A stretch of 64,000 nt of DNA from NCBI RefSeq assembly GCF_938017775.1, contig NZ_CALIIU010000022.1, forward strand, positions 2,683 through 66,682, in the 5' to 3' direction. Under the pieces are notes generated by a model that was not told where the DNA came from, did not search any database, and saw only the letters and a program-made list of their open reading frames with translations. This DNA comes from an uncultured Campylobacter sp. Its GTDB lineage: Bacteria > Campylobacterota > Campylobacteria > Campylobacterales > Campylobacteraceae. The translations under genes were made by a program, and so were the position numbers. Of this stretch, positions 1-10,057 are shown in pieces. Every line of letters begins with the position of its first letter. The first letter of the stretch is position 1.

Positions 1-492
1 AGTGTAAGAAAATACGCGCAGGGACCGCTTGAGGACGAGGCACTGGATAAAATTTTAAAAGCGGGCCTGCTTGCGCCGTCGGGGCATGCACGCCGCCCGT
101 GGGAGTTCATCCTCGTGCGCGATAAACGGATGCTTGAGCGACTAAGCGCGTGCCGCAGCAGCGGAGCGAATATGCTAAAACAGGCTGCGGCCGCGATCGT
201 CGTGATCGCAGATGAGCAGAAGCAGGACGTCTGGATCGAGGACTGCTCGGTAGCGCTAGGCTACATGCACCTTGCCGCAAGCGCACTAAATCTCGGTAGC
301 TGCTGGGTGCAGGTAAGATTGCGCGCCGCTGCGGACGGACGCAGCTGCGAGGAGTTTTTGCGCGAGGCGCTGGGCTTTCCGCTAAATTTCAAAGCAGAAG
401 CGATACTAGCCCTCGGCGTGCTGCAACGGCACCCGAGCCCGCACGATCTGCAGAAGCTAAATTTAAGCAAAATCCACAAAGAGAAATTTTAA
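1..492 (+). CDS. Nitroreductase family protein (5' end outside window)
   Basis: Frame is open from base 1: SVRKY...LLAPSGHARRPWEFILV, then DCSVALGYMHLAASALNLGSCWV, typical nitroreductase motifs. Confidence 0.9.
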   Translation, partial: SVRKYAQGPLEDEALDKILKAGLLAPSGHARRPWEFILVRDKRMLERLSACRSSGANMLKQAAAAIVVIADEQKQDVWIEDCSVALGYMHLAASALNLGSCWVQVRLRAAADGRSCEEFLREALGFPLNFKAEAILALGVLQRHPSPHDLQKLNLSKIHKEKF

Positions 493-497
493 CGCAT

Positions 498-1820
498 ATG
501 AAGTATCAAAACTTAATTCAAATTTGCGACTATCTACGCGCCAAACGCTTCCTTTCGCACATTAAACGCGTAGGAGATAACCTTTTTAAAGTCTGTTTTG
601 ACGGCAATGAGACGCTGTTTTTCGATATGAATAAATCGGGCTGCAATATCCACGAAAATGACGCTTTTACCGAAGGCAAGGTTTACGCGGCGCCCTTTGA
701 TGTGCTACTTGCCAAGCGCTTCGTAAAATCGCGCATCACTTCCGTTAGCGTGCCAGAAAATAATAGAATTCTATGCCTTAGCGTGAGCCAAAACGCAAGC
801 TACAAAACCCAAAGCTCAAATATCTACTTCGAATTTACCGGGCGCTTTACAAACGTAATAATCACCGATGAAAACGATGTGATTTTAGAGGCGCTGCGGC
901 ACTTCGAGACGGAATTTAGACAGATCAAGGTAGGAAGAAAGCTCCGCCATCTGCCGCCTGCAAATATTAAAGAAGCCCCCGTGCCAAAAATTTCGGACTT
1001 TAGGGCATTTTTTCGCGCGGAATTTAACGCGCTAAATGCGGATCGCTTAAACTCACTCAAATCCGCAAAAATCACGGCGCTAAATAAAAAGCTAGACTCG
1101 GTGCGTGAGGCTTTAGACTCTTTGCAAAGCAGCGCCGAACTACTGCGAAGCGCCGAGCTTTTAGGTGCGAAAGCCGCCTTGCTAAAAGAAAATATCTATA
1201 AAATTCCAACTAGCGCGCGAGAATTTACGCTGCAAAAAGGAGATGCCAAAGCGGTAGAATTTAAGCTACAAAAGCCCGCAAGCGCCGCTTTAGGCGAGCT
1301 TTACTCCGAGGCAAAGCGTATGCGCCAAAAGGCTGCTAATATCCATATCGAAGAGCAAAATTTAAAGGAGAAACTCGCGTTTTATGAGAATTTAAAATCG
1401 CTCATTCTCGCCGCACAGGATGCACACGAGATCGAAATTCTAATGCCTAAGCGCACACAAACTAGGCAAAAAAGCAAGGAAAAAAATAGCGAATATGTAG
1501 CGAGCTTTTATCTCGGGGATTTTAAAATCAGCGTCGGTAAAAACGAAAAAGGCAATGAGTTCTTACTAAAAAATAGCTCCAAATCCGACTATTGGTTTCA
1601 TCTTAAGGATATTCCAAGTGCACACGTCATCGTAAAGACAAATAAGCAAAATCTAAGCGAAGAGGTGATTGAATTCGCCGCTAAAATTTGCGTGAGCTTC
1701 AGTGCAAGCGGCAGCGGAAAATATCTCGTCGATTACACTAAACGTCAAAATGTCAAAATCAACGAAGGTGCTTTCGTAAACTACGTAAATTTTAAAACAA
1801 TCAGCGTTTTAAAGCCGTAA
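498..1820 (+). CDS. NFACT/FbpA family (RqcH-like) RNA-binding protein
   Basis: N-terminal [14 protein letters not shown], coiled-coil middle, C-terminal VGKNEKGNE...[14 protein letters not shown]...VDYT (NFACT-R). Confidence 0.9.
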   Translation: MKYQNLIQICDYLRAKRFLSHIKRVGDNLFKVCFDGNETLFFDMNKSGCNIHENDAFTEGKVYAAPFDVLLAKRFVKSRITSVSVPENNRILCLSVSQNASYKTQSSNIYFEFTGRFTNVIITDENDVILEALRHFETEFRQIKVGRKLRHLPPANIKEAPVPKISDFRAFFRAEFNALNADRLNSLKSAKITALNKKLDSVREALDSLQSSAELLRSAELLGAKAALLKENIYKIPTSAREFTLQKGDAKAVEFKLQKPASAALGELYSEAKRMRQKAANIHIEEQNLKEKLAFYENLKSLILAAQDAHEIEILMPKRTQTRQKSKEKNSEYVASFYLGDFKISVGKNEKGNEFLLKNSSKSDYWFHLKDIPSAHVIVKTNKQNLSEEVIEFAAKICVSFSASGSGKYLVDYTKRQNVKINEGAFVNYVNFKTISVLKP

Positions 1821-1869
1821 TAAGCGAGCTTGCGATATAATTGCTCAAAATAAATTCCAAGGAAATTCT

Positions 1870-2634
1870 ATGAAGCAAAGAATAATCACGGCAAGCATTT
1901 TACTCGCCGTATTTTTGGCTCTAATTCTCATAAACGCCAGGTGGCTAAATTTCGCCGTATTTGCGCTGATACTCGTGCTTGCGTTTTTTGAAAGCCTCAA
2001 GTTATGGGGTCTAGAGGAAACTAGCAAAAAGTGGCTCGCGCTGGCGATCGCGTTTTTTGCATTGCTACCATTTACGCAGACCGACGAACCTTTCGTCTCA
2101 GCGCTAAAAGTTAGCATCCTGATGATCCTATGCGTCGCCTCTGTCGTAGCCTTTACCAAGGGCCCTAGCCTGAAGATCACGCTTCCTTTCATCTATCCCG
2201 TTGCGCCGATATTTTTTATGTGGGCGGCCTATGATGATTTCGGGGAAGTTTTTCACTTCGTTTGGCTGATCTTTATTATCGTAGCTAGCGATAGCGGCGC
2301 ATATTTTATCGGAAGAGCCTTTGGCAAAACTCCGCTAAGCGCTAGCTCGCCAAATAAAACCGTAGAAGGCGTGCTAGGTGGTCTTGCGCTCGCGCTTATA
2401 GTTAGCCTCATTTATGCGCGCATCTTTACCAATATGCCACCGCTTGAAATTTTAGGAAAAACCATCATCATAGCAATTTTTGGCGTATTCGGCGATCTGT
2501 TTGAAAGCTACCTAAAACGCGCGGCGGGTCTTAAAGACAGCGGCGCGCTCTTTCCCGGACACGGCGGGATTTTAGACCGCATCGACGGCTATATGTTCGG
2601 CGCGATCGCGATGGCGATAGTCTATTCATGGTAG
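1870..2634 (+). CDS. cdsA: Phosphatidate cytidylyltransferase
   Basis: [50 protein letters not shown] signature. Confidence 0.97.
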   Translation: MKQRIITASILLAVFLALILINARWLNFAVFALILVLAFFESLKLWGLEETSKKWLALAIAFFALLPFTQTDEPFVSALKVSILMILCVASVVAFTKGPSLKITLPFIYPVAPIFFMWAAYDDFGEVFHFVWLIFIIVASDSGAYFIGRAFGKTPLSASSPNKTVEGVLGGLALALIVSLIYARIFTNMPPLEILGKTIIIAIFGVFGDLFESYLKRAAGLKDSGALFPGHGGILDRIDGYMFGAIAMAIVYSW

Positions 2635-3728
2635 TTTTAGGCTCTACGGGCTCTATCGGCACAAACACCCTAGACGTAGCCGCTCGCAGCGGCAGTATGA
2701 TCGAAGCGCTTAGCTGCGGGCGCAATATCAAGCTTTTAAACGAACAGATCGCAAAATTTCACCCAAAGCTCGTCTGTATCGCGGACGCGCAGCAAAAAAG
2801 CGAGGTAGATCACGAGCGCGTATTTTGCGGCGCAGATGGAATTTTGCAGATGCTTGCGGAGTGCAAAAGCACGACCGTGGTAAACGCTCTCGTAGGCTTT
2901 GCGGGCATGATGCCCAGCCTAAAAACCCAAGAGCTCGGCAAAAGGCTCTGTCTAGCTAACAAAGAAAGCCTCGTCGTCGGCGGGAAATTTCTGCAAACGG
3001 ATAAAATTTACCCGATCGACAGCGAGCATTTCGGACTGAAATTTTTACTTAGCAACGCCAAAATCCCCGTTTCGCGCCTAATCATCACGGCTAGCGGCGG
3101 CGCATTTTACGACGTGCCGCTAACGCAGCTAGGCTCGCTCACGCCGCAAAACGCCCTCAAGCACCCCAACTGGAAGATGGGCGCGAAGATCACGATCGAC
3201 AGCGCTACGATGGCGAATAAGCTCTTTGAGGTGATCGAGGCGTTTTGGCTCTACGGCATGCGCGAGATCGATGCGCTTATCGAGCGCACCTCGCAGATCC
3301 ACGCGCTGGTCGAATTTGCGGACGGCTCTACGACGGCGCATATTAGCAGGGCCGATATGCGGCTAGCCATCGCGCACGCACTGCTTGGCGGCGACGTACG
3401 GGAGCAGATCACCGCGCCCGTGGATCTGTGCGCCCTGCGGCCGATAGAGCTTAAACCGATCGACGAGATGAAATTTCAAATCTTTACCCTCAAAGACGCG
3501 CTGTTAGCGAATCCCGATCTCGGCGTCGTCATCAACGCCGCAAACGAAGCGGGCGTAAATGCATTTTTGCAGCAGCGGTGCCGCTTCGCCGACATTGCGC
3601 GCGTAGTACTAAAGTGCGCGGAGAAATTTAACTCGCCTAGCGTAACGGACGCGGACGCGCTTACGGCGGTGGATGCGAGCGTGCGAGCGTATGCAAACGA
3701 GCTGCTGAAATTTAACGGGGAGCTTTAA
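2628..3728 (+). CDS. dxr: 1-deoxy-D-xylulose-5-phosphate reductoisomerase
   Basis: [42 protein letters not shown] motifs. Confidence 0.98.
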   Translation: MVVLGSTGSIGTNTLDVAARSGSMIEALSCGRNIKLLNEQIAKFHPKLVCIADAQQKSEVDHERVFCGADGILQMLAECKSTTVVNALVGFAGMMPSLKTQELGKRLCLANKESLVVGGKFLQTDKIYPIDSEHFGLKFLLSNAKIPVSRLIITASGGAFYDVPLTQLGSLTPQNALKHPNWKMGAKITIDSATMANKLFEVIEAFWLYGMREIDALIERTSQIHALVEFADGSTTAHISRADMRLAIAHALLGGDVREQITAPVDLCALRPIELKPIDEMKFQIFTLKDALLANPDLGVVINAANEAGVNAFLQQRCRFADIARVVLKCAEKFNSPSVTDADALTAVDASVRAYANELLKFNGEL

Positions 3729-3805
3729 GCCTAGCTTTGCCTGCTTAAATTTAGAGTTTAAATTTGAGCTATCTTGCCGCAAGCGGTGAAATTTAGGATC
3801 GAAAA

Positions 3806-4752
3806 TTGTTGGACGTACAAACTATCGTAAATTTGGAAAAAGAGCGCCGCAAGCTGCTGCAAAGCCGTATAAAATGGAAAATAATAAGCCTGCTTAAAGC
3901 CTGTGCGATATTTATCCCGCTGATTTGTTTGATGATATACAAGGTCCGCGGAGAGAAAATATCTTTTGAGCTGCTATCGGAAATTTTATTTGATCTAATA
4001 ATGCTGTACTTTGCATATAGGTTCTTTTACGAAAAAACCTACAAAGTCAAAACGCGAGAATTCGCGCTACAATACAAAGCCCTCTACATAGCACCCTACG
4101 TCGAAAATCTAGGATACAAATACAACAGATTCGGTGCCATAGCTTTGGAACAAGATATTGAGCATAGCGGGCTTTTTGGAGAATACGCGAACTTTGGCGG
4201 AGATGATTTGATATTCGGAAACATAGACGGCGTAGATTTTAGCTTCGGCGATATTTGGCTATCAAAAGACTTCGATAAAAAATTTTTGGTTTTGGCGTCT
4301 AAAAAGAAATACATTGAACCGTTCCAGGGTCTTTTTTTCGTGGCGGATTTTCATAAAAAGATCGATCTGATGTTTTTATTCTCCCCAGCATAACGAAGCT
4401 GCAAACCTTCGCCTCCGAAAGCAATGCGTGGCTTCGCAAGATGGATAACGCAAAATTCGACAAATCCTTCGCGGTCTATGCGAAAGACCCGCTCGCCGCT
4501 GCGTATGTGCTAACGCCGGCGCTGATGGAGAAAATTTTATTTTTAAAAGTGCTTACGAAATCATACATTGAACTTAGCTTCAGAAAAAACAAAATTTATA
4601 TAAAAATACCTCGTCTATACGATAGCTTTGAGCCTGATCTAAGTAAGCCGATACGAGGCGACAAGCTCGCGAGCAAGATACAAATCGATCTGGACGCGAT
4701 GCTACAAATCGTAAAAATTCTAAAGCTGAATGAAAAAATTTGGACGTCTTAA
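3806..4752 (+). pseudogene. DUF3137-like membrane protein split by a 1-bp frameshift (ORFs 3806-4393 and 4441-4752)
   Basis: FQGLFFVADFHKK is followed, after a frame change near 4364, by SDVFILP...MDNAKFDKSFAVYAKDPLAAAYVLTPALMEKIL. The halves read as one DUF3137-type protein. Confidence 0.7.
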
Positions 4753-4754
4753 CG

Positions 4755-4900
4755 GGCGCAAGGCGGAGCGAGGCAAGCGGGCGAAATAAGACAGGGCAAG
4801 GCAAGTAGATGAAACGAGGCGGGGCGGGGAAAAGCGACTAGATAAAACAAAGCGGAGCAGAATAGGCTGCTGAGGCAAAACACGCGAGCGCCGCGCAAGC
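4755..4900. repeat. Purine-rich degenerate pentamer repeat (GGCRA/AGCGA-like units)
   Basis: Roughly 5-bp periodic run gcaag gcgga gcgag gcaag... with strong strand asymmetry. Confidence 0.5.
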
Positions 4901-4902
4901 GC

Positions 4903-4965
4903 GATAAAATTCCGCACGGGATTGCGAAATTTTAGTAATAGGATAAAATTCCGCGCGGGATTGCG
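4903..4965. repeat. 24-bp direct repeat GATAAAATTCCGC(A/G)CGGGATTGCG, two copies
   Basis: Copies at 4903-4926 and 4942-4965, one mismatch. Confidence 0.8.
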
Positions 4966-5107
4966 GCAAAATCGTGAAATTTCGCGTAGAATTTCGACGG
5001 GATTTGATGTCGCGGCGAAATCTTGTATAGAATTTCGGCAAGGGTAAATAGAATTTCGGCGGAATTTTACGAAAAATTAAAATTTGCTTGCTATTGAGAG
5101 ATTTTTT

Positions 5108-5116
5108 TGATATACT
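5108..5116 (+). promoter_or_regulatory. Extended -10 promoter element of the tRNA
   Basis: TGaTATACT ending 13 bp upstream of the tRNA 5' end. Confidence 0.55.
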
Positions 5117-5129
5117 GCCGTTTCTTTTT

Positions 5130-5205
5130 GGCCCCGTAACTCAGTTGGTAGAGTGTCACCTTGACATGGTGGAAGTCGTTGGTTCAAGTCCAATCGGGAC
5201 CACCA
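5130..5205 (+). tRNA. tRNA-Val(GAC)
   Basis: 76-nt cloverleaf; D loop AGTTGGTA, anticodon GAC at 5163-5165, T loop TTCAAGT, encoded CCA end. Confidence 0.97.
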
Positions 5206-5394
5206 TTTAAGCTATTTTTAAGTTTTAATCACTTCATTTTCGCGCACAGCTCTTATCTTAAATTTAGTTATTCCAACCCCTTTCATTTTTATTTTAGATA
5301 TAATTTTTCCAAAATACTACGAGATCGATTAGCCGATCGATGAGGTAAATTCATTCGCCAACCGATTAAATTTAAAAAGGAGTATCGGCGATAT

Positions 5395-5653
5395 ATGGGA
5401 CAGTGTGTTATAAAAACCTTAGACTACTGCGCAGAAAAGGGACTGCAGCTACAATGGGAAAAGGACTTCGCGATCTCCGTCAATGCTCTAGGAAACGAAG
5501 TTACTATAAGGGCGTAAAAGCGGACTTATATCTCTTGCCAGGCATTTGCTTACTTTAGCGCAAGATTCTGCGCCGAAACATTCGCATATACATCTGGATG
5601 AGTATAATTCGCTTGAGGAGGGCTCGGCGGAACTTATATTGGAGAAAATATGA
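5395..5653 (+). pseudogene. Imm32-like polymorphic-toxin immunity protein, disrupted near 5515
   Basis: Hand translation: MGQCVIKTLDYCAEKGLQLQWEKDFAISVNALGNEVTIRA*; then, in another frame, SGLISLARHLLTLAQDSAPKHSHIHLDEYNSLEEGSAELILEKI*. Adding 2 bp gives an 86-aa protein resembling Imm32-family proteins (recognised from memory). AAGGAG upstream. Confidence 0.65.
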
Positions 5654-5772
5654 ATACGAATAGCATCAATGTAGATGGAAAAAGTTATTATCCTCCGCGA
5701 TTGAAGTGACGGGATCATATTTGACGGCGCTCGATGAATAACGGCGTAGTGCGTGAAAAGGAGAATAAATCA

Positions 5773-6288
5773 GTGCTACCGAATAAAATTTATATAAAAG
5801 ACGATCCTCTAACTATCGATGACGAACTTATGGGGCATGAGTATCATAAATTAGATATTAAAATTCTAGAAGACAAAAAGCTTGTGGTTTTGGGTTTTAC
5901 TACGAATTTGGCTATGTATTATTTCGCAAAAAACATTTTAACATCATCGTATAATGAAAGGGTCTCATACCTAGAGCTTTTTCCTTATGATACAGTGAAC
6001 GGAGTGCGATTTGCAAAAAATAGCGCTCAACTATGCATAGATATAGAGAAATTTATCAAAATGGACGAAGCGGAGTGTTATATAGTGGACGATATGGGTG
6101 AGTATAAATTTGAGCTGGATTTTAAAACATTCTACCAAAGCGTTACATTTTATTTCCCTAATACGGAGGATTACATAAATTTCGCCAAATATCTGCTAAG
6201 TATGAGTATCTACAATAGAAAAAATAGGGTAAAATTTTATAGCGAAGATTATACGTTGATTTTACAATATTCCAGGTTTGTTATATGA
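5773..6288 (+). CDS. Hypothetical AT-rich protein (possible orphan immunity protein)
   Basis: ORF 5734-6288; GTG at 5773 follows AAGGAG; low GC; island context. Confidence 0.6.
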   Translation: MLPNKIYIKDDPLTIDDELMGHEYHKLDIKILEDKKLVVLGFTTNLAMYYFAKNILTSSYNERVSYLELFPYDTVNGVRFAKNSAQLCIDIEKFIKMDEAECYIVDDMGEYKFELDFKTFYQSVTFYFPNTEDYINFAKYLLSMSIYNRKNRVKFYSEDYTLILQYSRFVI

Positions 6289-6474
6289 GAAATTTCGAAC
6301 TATCAAAAATAAAATTTCTCTCATAGAGCCAAAATTTAAGGATCAGACGGCATGACGCAAAACACGATGAATGAAGCAGATCGTAACGAAAAGGAGCGGC
6401 AAAATGCTAGATAGAATCGGCTCCTGTTGTATCGGCATGATGGCAACTATCTCAAAAGCCTATAGGAATAAAAA

Positions 6475-7047
6475 ATGAGCGCTAGAATAGGTTTAATACT
6501 TTTGGGTGCATTTTTTGTATTTGAAAGTATTCTTGGCTGCTTTAGCGGAAAGATGTATTTTAAATACCGAGGCTGGAGCGCAGTTGAGCCGGTCTATATT
6601 ATCAAAATTTTTATCATCGGCGTATTGTTTGTTTCTGCAGGAATTTTCATAAACAAAAAAATAGGTAGAGTGATTAATGCCTTGATAGGCTTAAACCTTT
6701 TAATAATATCTATAGAAATTTTTACAACGCAAGATCCCACAGGAATACAAAGCAAAATCGGATATCCTTTTCTTATCTCGGGATTTTTGGTTTTACTTAT
6801 TAGTATCTCGTTTTTTTACCTCGCCTTCCGCTCTGAAAAGAACATAAAAAGATATCCGAAGTATATGTGGTGTAAGGACTGCTTTAAATTTTACATGTAC
6901 GAGGACGTCAAAGATACGGATCAAATTTGCCCGGACTGCGGCAAAAAGCTTACGGAGTATAATGACGGCGACTACTGGCGAAGAAACGCTCCTCATCAAG
7001 GCGCTAAAACTCCGAAGATCAAAAAGCGTAAATTTAAAAAGCGATGA
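6475..7047 (+). CDS. Membrane protein (about 4 TM) with C-terminal zinc ribbon
   Basis: Hydrophobic segments, then CKDC-X15-CPDCG and a basic tail. Confidence 0.8.
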   Translation: MSARIGLILLGAFFVFESILGCFSGKMYFKYRGWSAVEPVYIIKIFIIGVLFVSAGIFINKKIGRVINALIGLNLLIISIEIFTTQDPTGIQSKIGYPFLISGFLVLLISISFFYLAFRSEKNIKRYPKYMWCKDCFKFYMYEDVKDTDQICPDCGKKLTEYNDGDYWRRNAPHQGAKTPKIKKRKFKKR

Positions 7048-7079
7048 AATTTTGATTTGTTATAGAGGAATATATAAAA

Positions 7080-7509
7080 ATGCTAAATAGAATTTTTGCG
7101 CTAATCGGCTTTTTTGCTTTTTTCGCATGGGGACTGGTGGCCGCTTTATTGGGAAAAGTCGATATAAAGCCTGGCTTTATGGCATCGGTAAAATTCGATA
7201 GCTCGCATCTGCGTATCATCATAGGAATTTTATGCTTTGCGGCGTGCGCTTTCTTTTTATATCTCGCCTTTCGCTCCGAAAAAAAGCATAAAATATTATC
7301 CTAAATTTATGCGTTGCAAAGGGTGCCTTAAATTTTATAATTTCTCGGACGTTAAAGATAGGAGTGTTTGCCCTAAATGCGGAGGCGAGCTGCAAGATTA
7401 TGCCGAGATAGAAAAGTGGAATCAAGCGGAAAAGAATAAAAAGCTTGAGAAATATTTTAAATTTGAAAAAGAGTGGCTAAAGAGGGTGAGTCATGATAAA
7501 AATAATTGA
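7080..7509 (+). pseudogene. Paralog of 6475-7047 (2 TM plus zinc ribbon) frameshifted in an A7 run
   Basis: FFLYLAFRSEK then A7 at 7279-7285; removing one A gives SIKYYPKFMRCKGC...CPKCGGEL, matching the upstream paralog YLAFRSEKNIKRYPKYMWCKDC. Confidence 0.8.
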
Positions 7510-7811
7510 TGCGCAAGCAAAATCAAAAAGGCCATATGGAAAAAAATGAGCACTAGGATAGGTTTAATACTTTTGGTCGCATTTTAGACGGGTATGATTT
7601 TAGGGATTTGGCTAAATTTCAAAATTTCAGCTAGATCCGCTTTGCGAATTTGCCTTTTTAAAAAAACGCTGCTAAAGAATCTAAATTTAAAACTGAAATT
7701 TTATCGCGCCCAGCAAAACGCTCGAAATTAAAATTTCATCCAATCTCCGCCTAAATTTTAAAAAATCTATCTTTAATCTTTGAAATTTATTATTATTTAA
7801 TCAAGAGGAAT

Positions 7812-7840
7812 TATAATATAGCATTTGCAAATCATTCGCA
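7812..7840 (+). promoter_or_regulatory. -10 box with adjacent Fur-box-like palindrome
   Basis: TATAAT at 7812-7817; TGCAAATCATTCGCA at 7826-7840 resembles the 7-1-7 Fur box; lies upstream of a TonB receptor. Confidence 0.45.
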
Positions 7841-7865
7841 AAATTCTAATTTTAAATAGGAGAGA

Positions 7866-9938
7866 GTGATGTTTAAGAAATTTTATCTTTCAAATGCCGC
7901 GATCGCGCTAAGTTTGTGCGCCGCATTGCAACTAAACGGATCCGAAAACAACGCTACGTCCGCAAATATCGCGCCTAGCGCGAGAGCCGTAAATTCCGCA
8001 GCTCCTAAAAACGCTTCCGGCGCGAACGCCACAAAGCTGGGTACCATCGTAGTTACCGCGACAGGTTTTGAGGACACGCTTAAAAACGAGGTTCGCAACG
8101 TCTCCGTTATCACCGCGGAGGATACGGAAAACCGCGGTTACCGTGATCTGCGTGAGATTTTAGAAAAGGCGCCTGGGGTTAGCTTTAACGGCAGATCGGT
8201 TGATCTACGCGGGCAGGGCGCGAAGGCCAATACCTCCGTCAAGGTCCTTCTTAACGGAGTCGCGCTCAATATGATTGACACGACGCCGACGACCATCCCG
8301 ATCGATTTAGTTCCGATCGAAGATATCGAGCGCGTGGAGATCATCCCTGGCGGCGGTAGCGTGCTTTACGGCAGCGGCACCAGCGGCGGTGTGATAAATA
8401 TTATCACAAAAAAGGGCGTCAGATACCCGTACGCCAATATCTCGACCAAGATCGCGTCGTATAACTACAATGATCTAAATTTAGGCGTTGGCGGCAGCGT
8501 GAGCGACAATCTGTTTCTAAAAACCGCCGTTAAGGGCTTTAAGCAGCGCGGATACCGCAAGGGCGAAAGAGAGCGAGGTTACTATACATCATTTGGACTA
8601 AATTACAAAATTTCAGATGATCAAAGCCTATCTTTTAATCCCAGCTTTTATCGCGCTAGGACGCATGATGTACCGGGTTTAGGGCTTGCCAAACTTAAAG
8701 CGGATCGCCGCCAGCAGGGAGGCGAGAGAACCTTTACTAAAAGCACACGATTAAATTTTGACTTGGATTATGCGGTGAAATTTGGCGATAGATTTGAAGC
8801 AAATTTACAGCCTTATTATCAAGATATTAGAATTTTGCAAAAGGGCTTTGTAATGAAAGATCGCAAAGAAGGGGCGAATTTAAAGGGCAAGTTTACCTAT
8901 GATAACGACGAGCTCATAGCGGGATATGATTATCTTAAAAATAAGGGCTTCCGCAGGATCGATTTTAATACCGCAATAAATCCTATGATGAGCCTTTCAC
9001 AACTTACGATCTTTGATATGCAAAAACAGACGCACTCGGTTTATGCCTTAGAAAAGCACGACTTTACGGAGCTATTTTCGCTTAGTGCGGGCGGGCGCTT
9101 TGAACGCGCCGAATACAAAGTAGATCGCGAGGTCTCTACGACGATGCGTAGGATGGGGCGCATCTTTCACACTCAAGACAGCACGCACGTAACGGACGAT
9201 AAAAACAACTATGCGTTTGAGATCACGCCGAATTTTAAATATTCTAAAGACGGCAATGTCTATTTTAAATTTGAGCGAGGCTATATCTCGCCGGGTCCTA
9301 ATCAGCTCATCGATAAGCTAAGTTCTAGCGGCCCTTACGTGCTTAATAACCTCAAATCCGAAACCTTTAAAACCTACGAGATCGGCATGAAGGATCTAAT
9401 CTATGGGCAATACGTAAGCGCTACGATCTTTTGGACCGATACGAAAAACGAGATCGTAAACGAGCTACTCGGTAGCGGCTTTAATAGCGGTTGGCATTTC
9501 ATCAATATCGACGAGACGCGCCGCAAGGGCGTGGAGCTGTATGCGGAGCAAAGTCTGCTTTCAAATTTAAAGCTCAGCGAGACCTTTTCATACGTGGACG
9601 CCAAGATCCAATCCGGCGCGAATAAAGGCAAGCAGGTTCCGCTAGTGGAGCGCTCGAAGTTCGTTTTGGGCGTCGATTATGAGCCGATTAGAAATTTAAC
9701 GCTGATGAGCGATTTTAAATATTTCTCATCATCGCACGACGCCAACCACGATAGGATCGATTCGCGCACGATCGTAGATCTGGGCGCTGCGTACCGCTTC
9801 GCAAGCGGATTTTTGATAAGCGCCGGAGTCAAAAACGTCTTTGACGAGGAGTATAATTACAACCAAAATTTACGCGCAGACGTCTATACTCCGGCTCCCG
9901 GGCGCAACTACTACGTGGAGTTTAAATACGCCTATTAG
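7866..9938 (+). CDS. TonB-dependent receptor (heme/iron-type)
   Basis: Signal peptide, TonB box TIVVTA, plug motif IERVEIIPGGGSVLYGSGTSGGVINIITK, C-terminal GRNYYVEFKYAY. Confidence 0.95.
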   Translation: MMFKKFYLSNAAIALSLCAALQLNGSENNATSANIAPSARAVNSAAPKNASGANATKLGTIVVTATGFEDTLKNEVRNVSVITAEDTENRGYRDLREILEKAPGVSFNGRSVDLRGQGAKANTSVKVLLNGVALNMIDTTPTTIPIDLVPIEDIERVEIIPGGGSVLYGSGTSGGVINIITKKGVRYPYANISTKIASYNYNDLNLGVGGSVSDNLFLKTAVKGFKQRGYRKGERERGYYTSFGLNYKISDDQSLSFNPSFYRARTHDVPGLGLAKLKADRRQQGGERTFTKSTRLNFDLDYAVKFGDRFEANLQPYYQDIRILQKGFVMKDRKEGANLKGKFTYDNDELIAGYDYLKNKGFRRIDFNTAINPMMSLSQLTIFDMQKQTHSVYALEKHDFTELFSLSAGGRFERAEYKVDREVSTTMRRMGRIFHTQDSTHVTDDKNNYAFEITPNFKYSKDGNVYFKFERGYISPGPNQLIDKLSSSGPYVLNNLKSETFKTYEIGMKDLIYGQYVSATIFWTDTKNEIVNELLGSGFNSGWHFINIDETRRKGVELYAEQSLLSNLKLSETFSYVDAKIQSGANKGKQVPLVERSKFVLGVDYEPIRNLTLMSDFKYFSSSHDANHDRIDSRTIVDLGAAYRFASGFLISAGVKNVFDEEYNYNQNLRADVYTPAPGRNYYVEFKYAY

Positions 9939-10057
9939 CGCGCGTTTAAATTTAAGCGAGGTTTGAGCTGCGAAATTTAAAATTTACGGGCGGAATTTAA
10001 AATTTCGCCGCGACGTGCTTTGCCGCCGCGAGATTAAATTTAATAAAAGGAGCAAAG

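Noticed and set aside
5161..5343. 60-aa ORF in the track
   Set aside because: Starts inside the tRNA-Val gene; spurious
5206..7800. Prophage or integrative element at tRNA-Val
   Set aside because: No integrase, phage genes or duplicated tRNA 3' end found by eye
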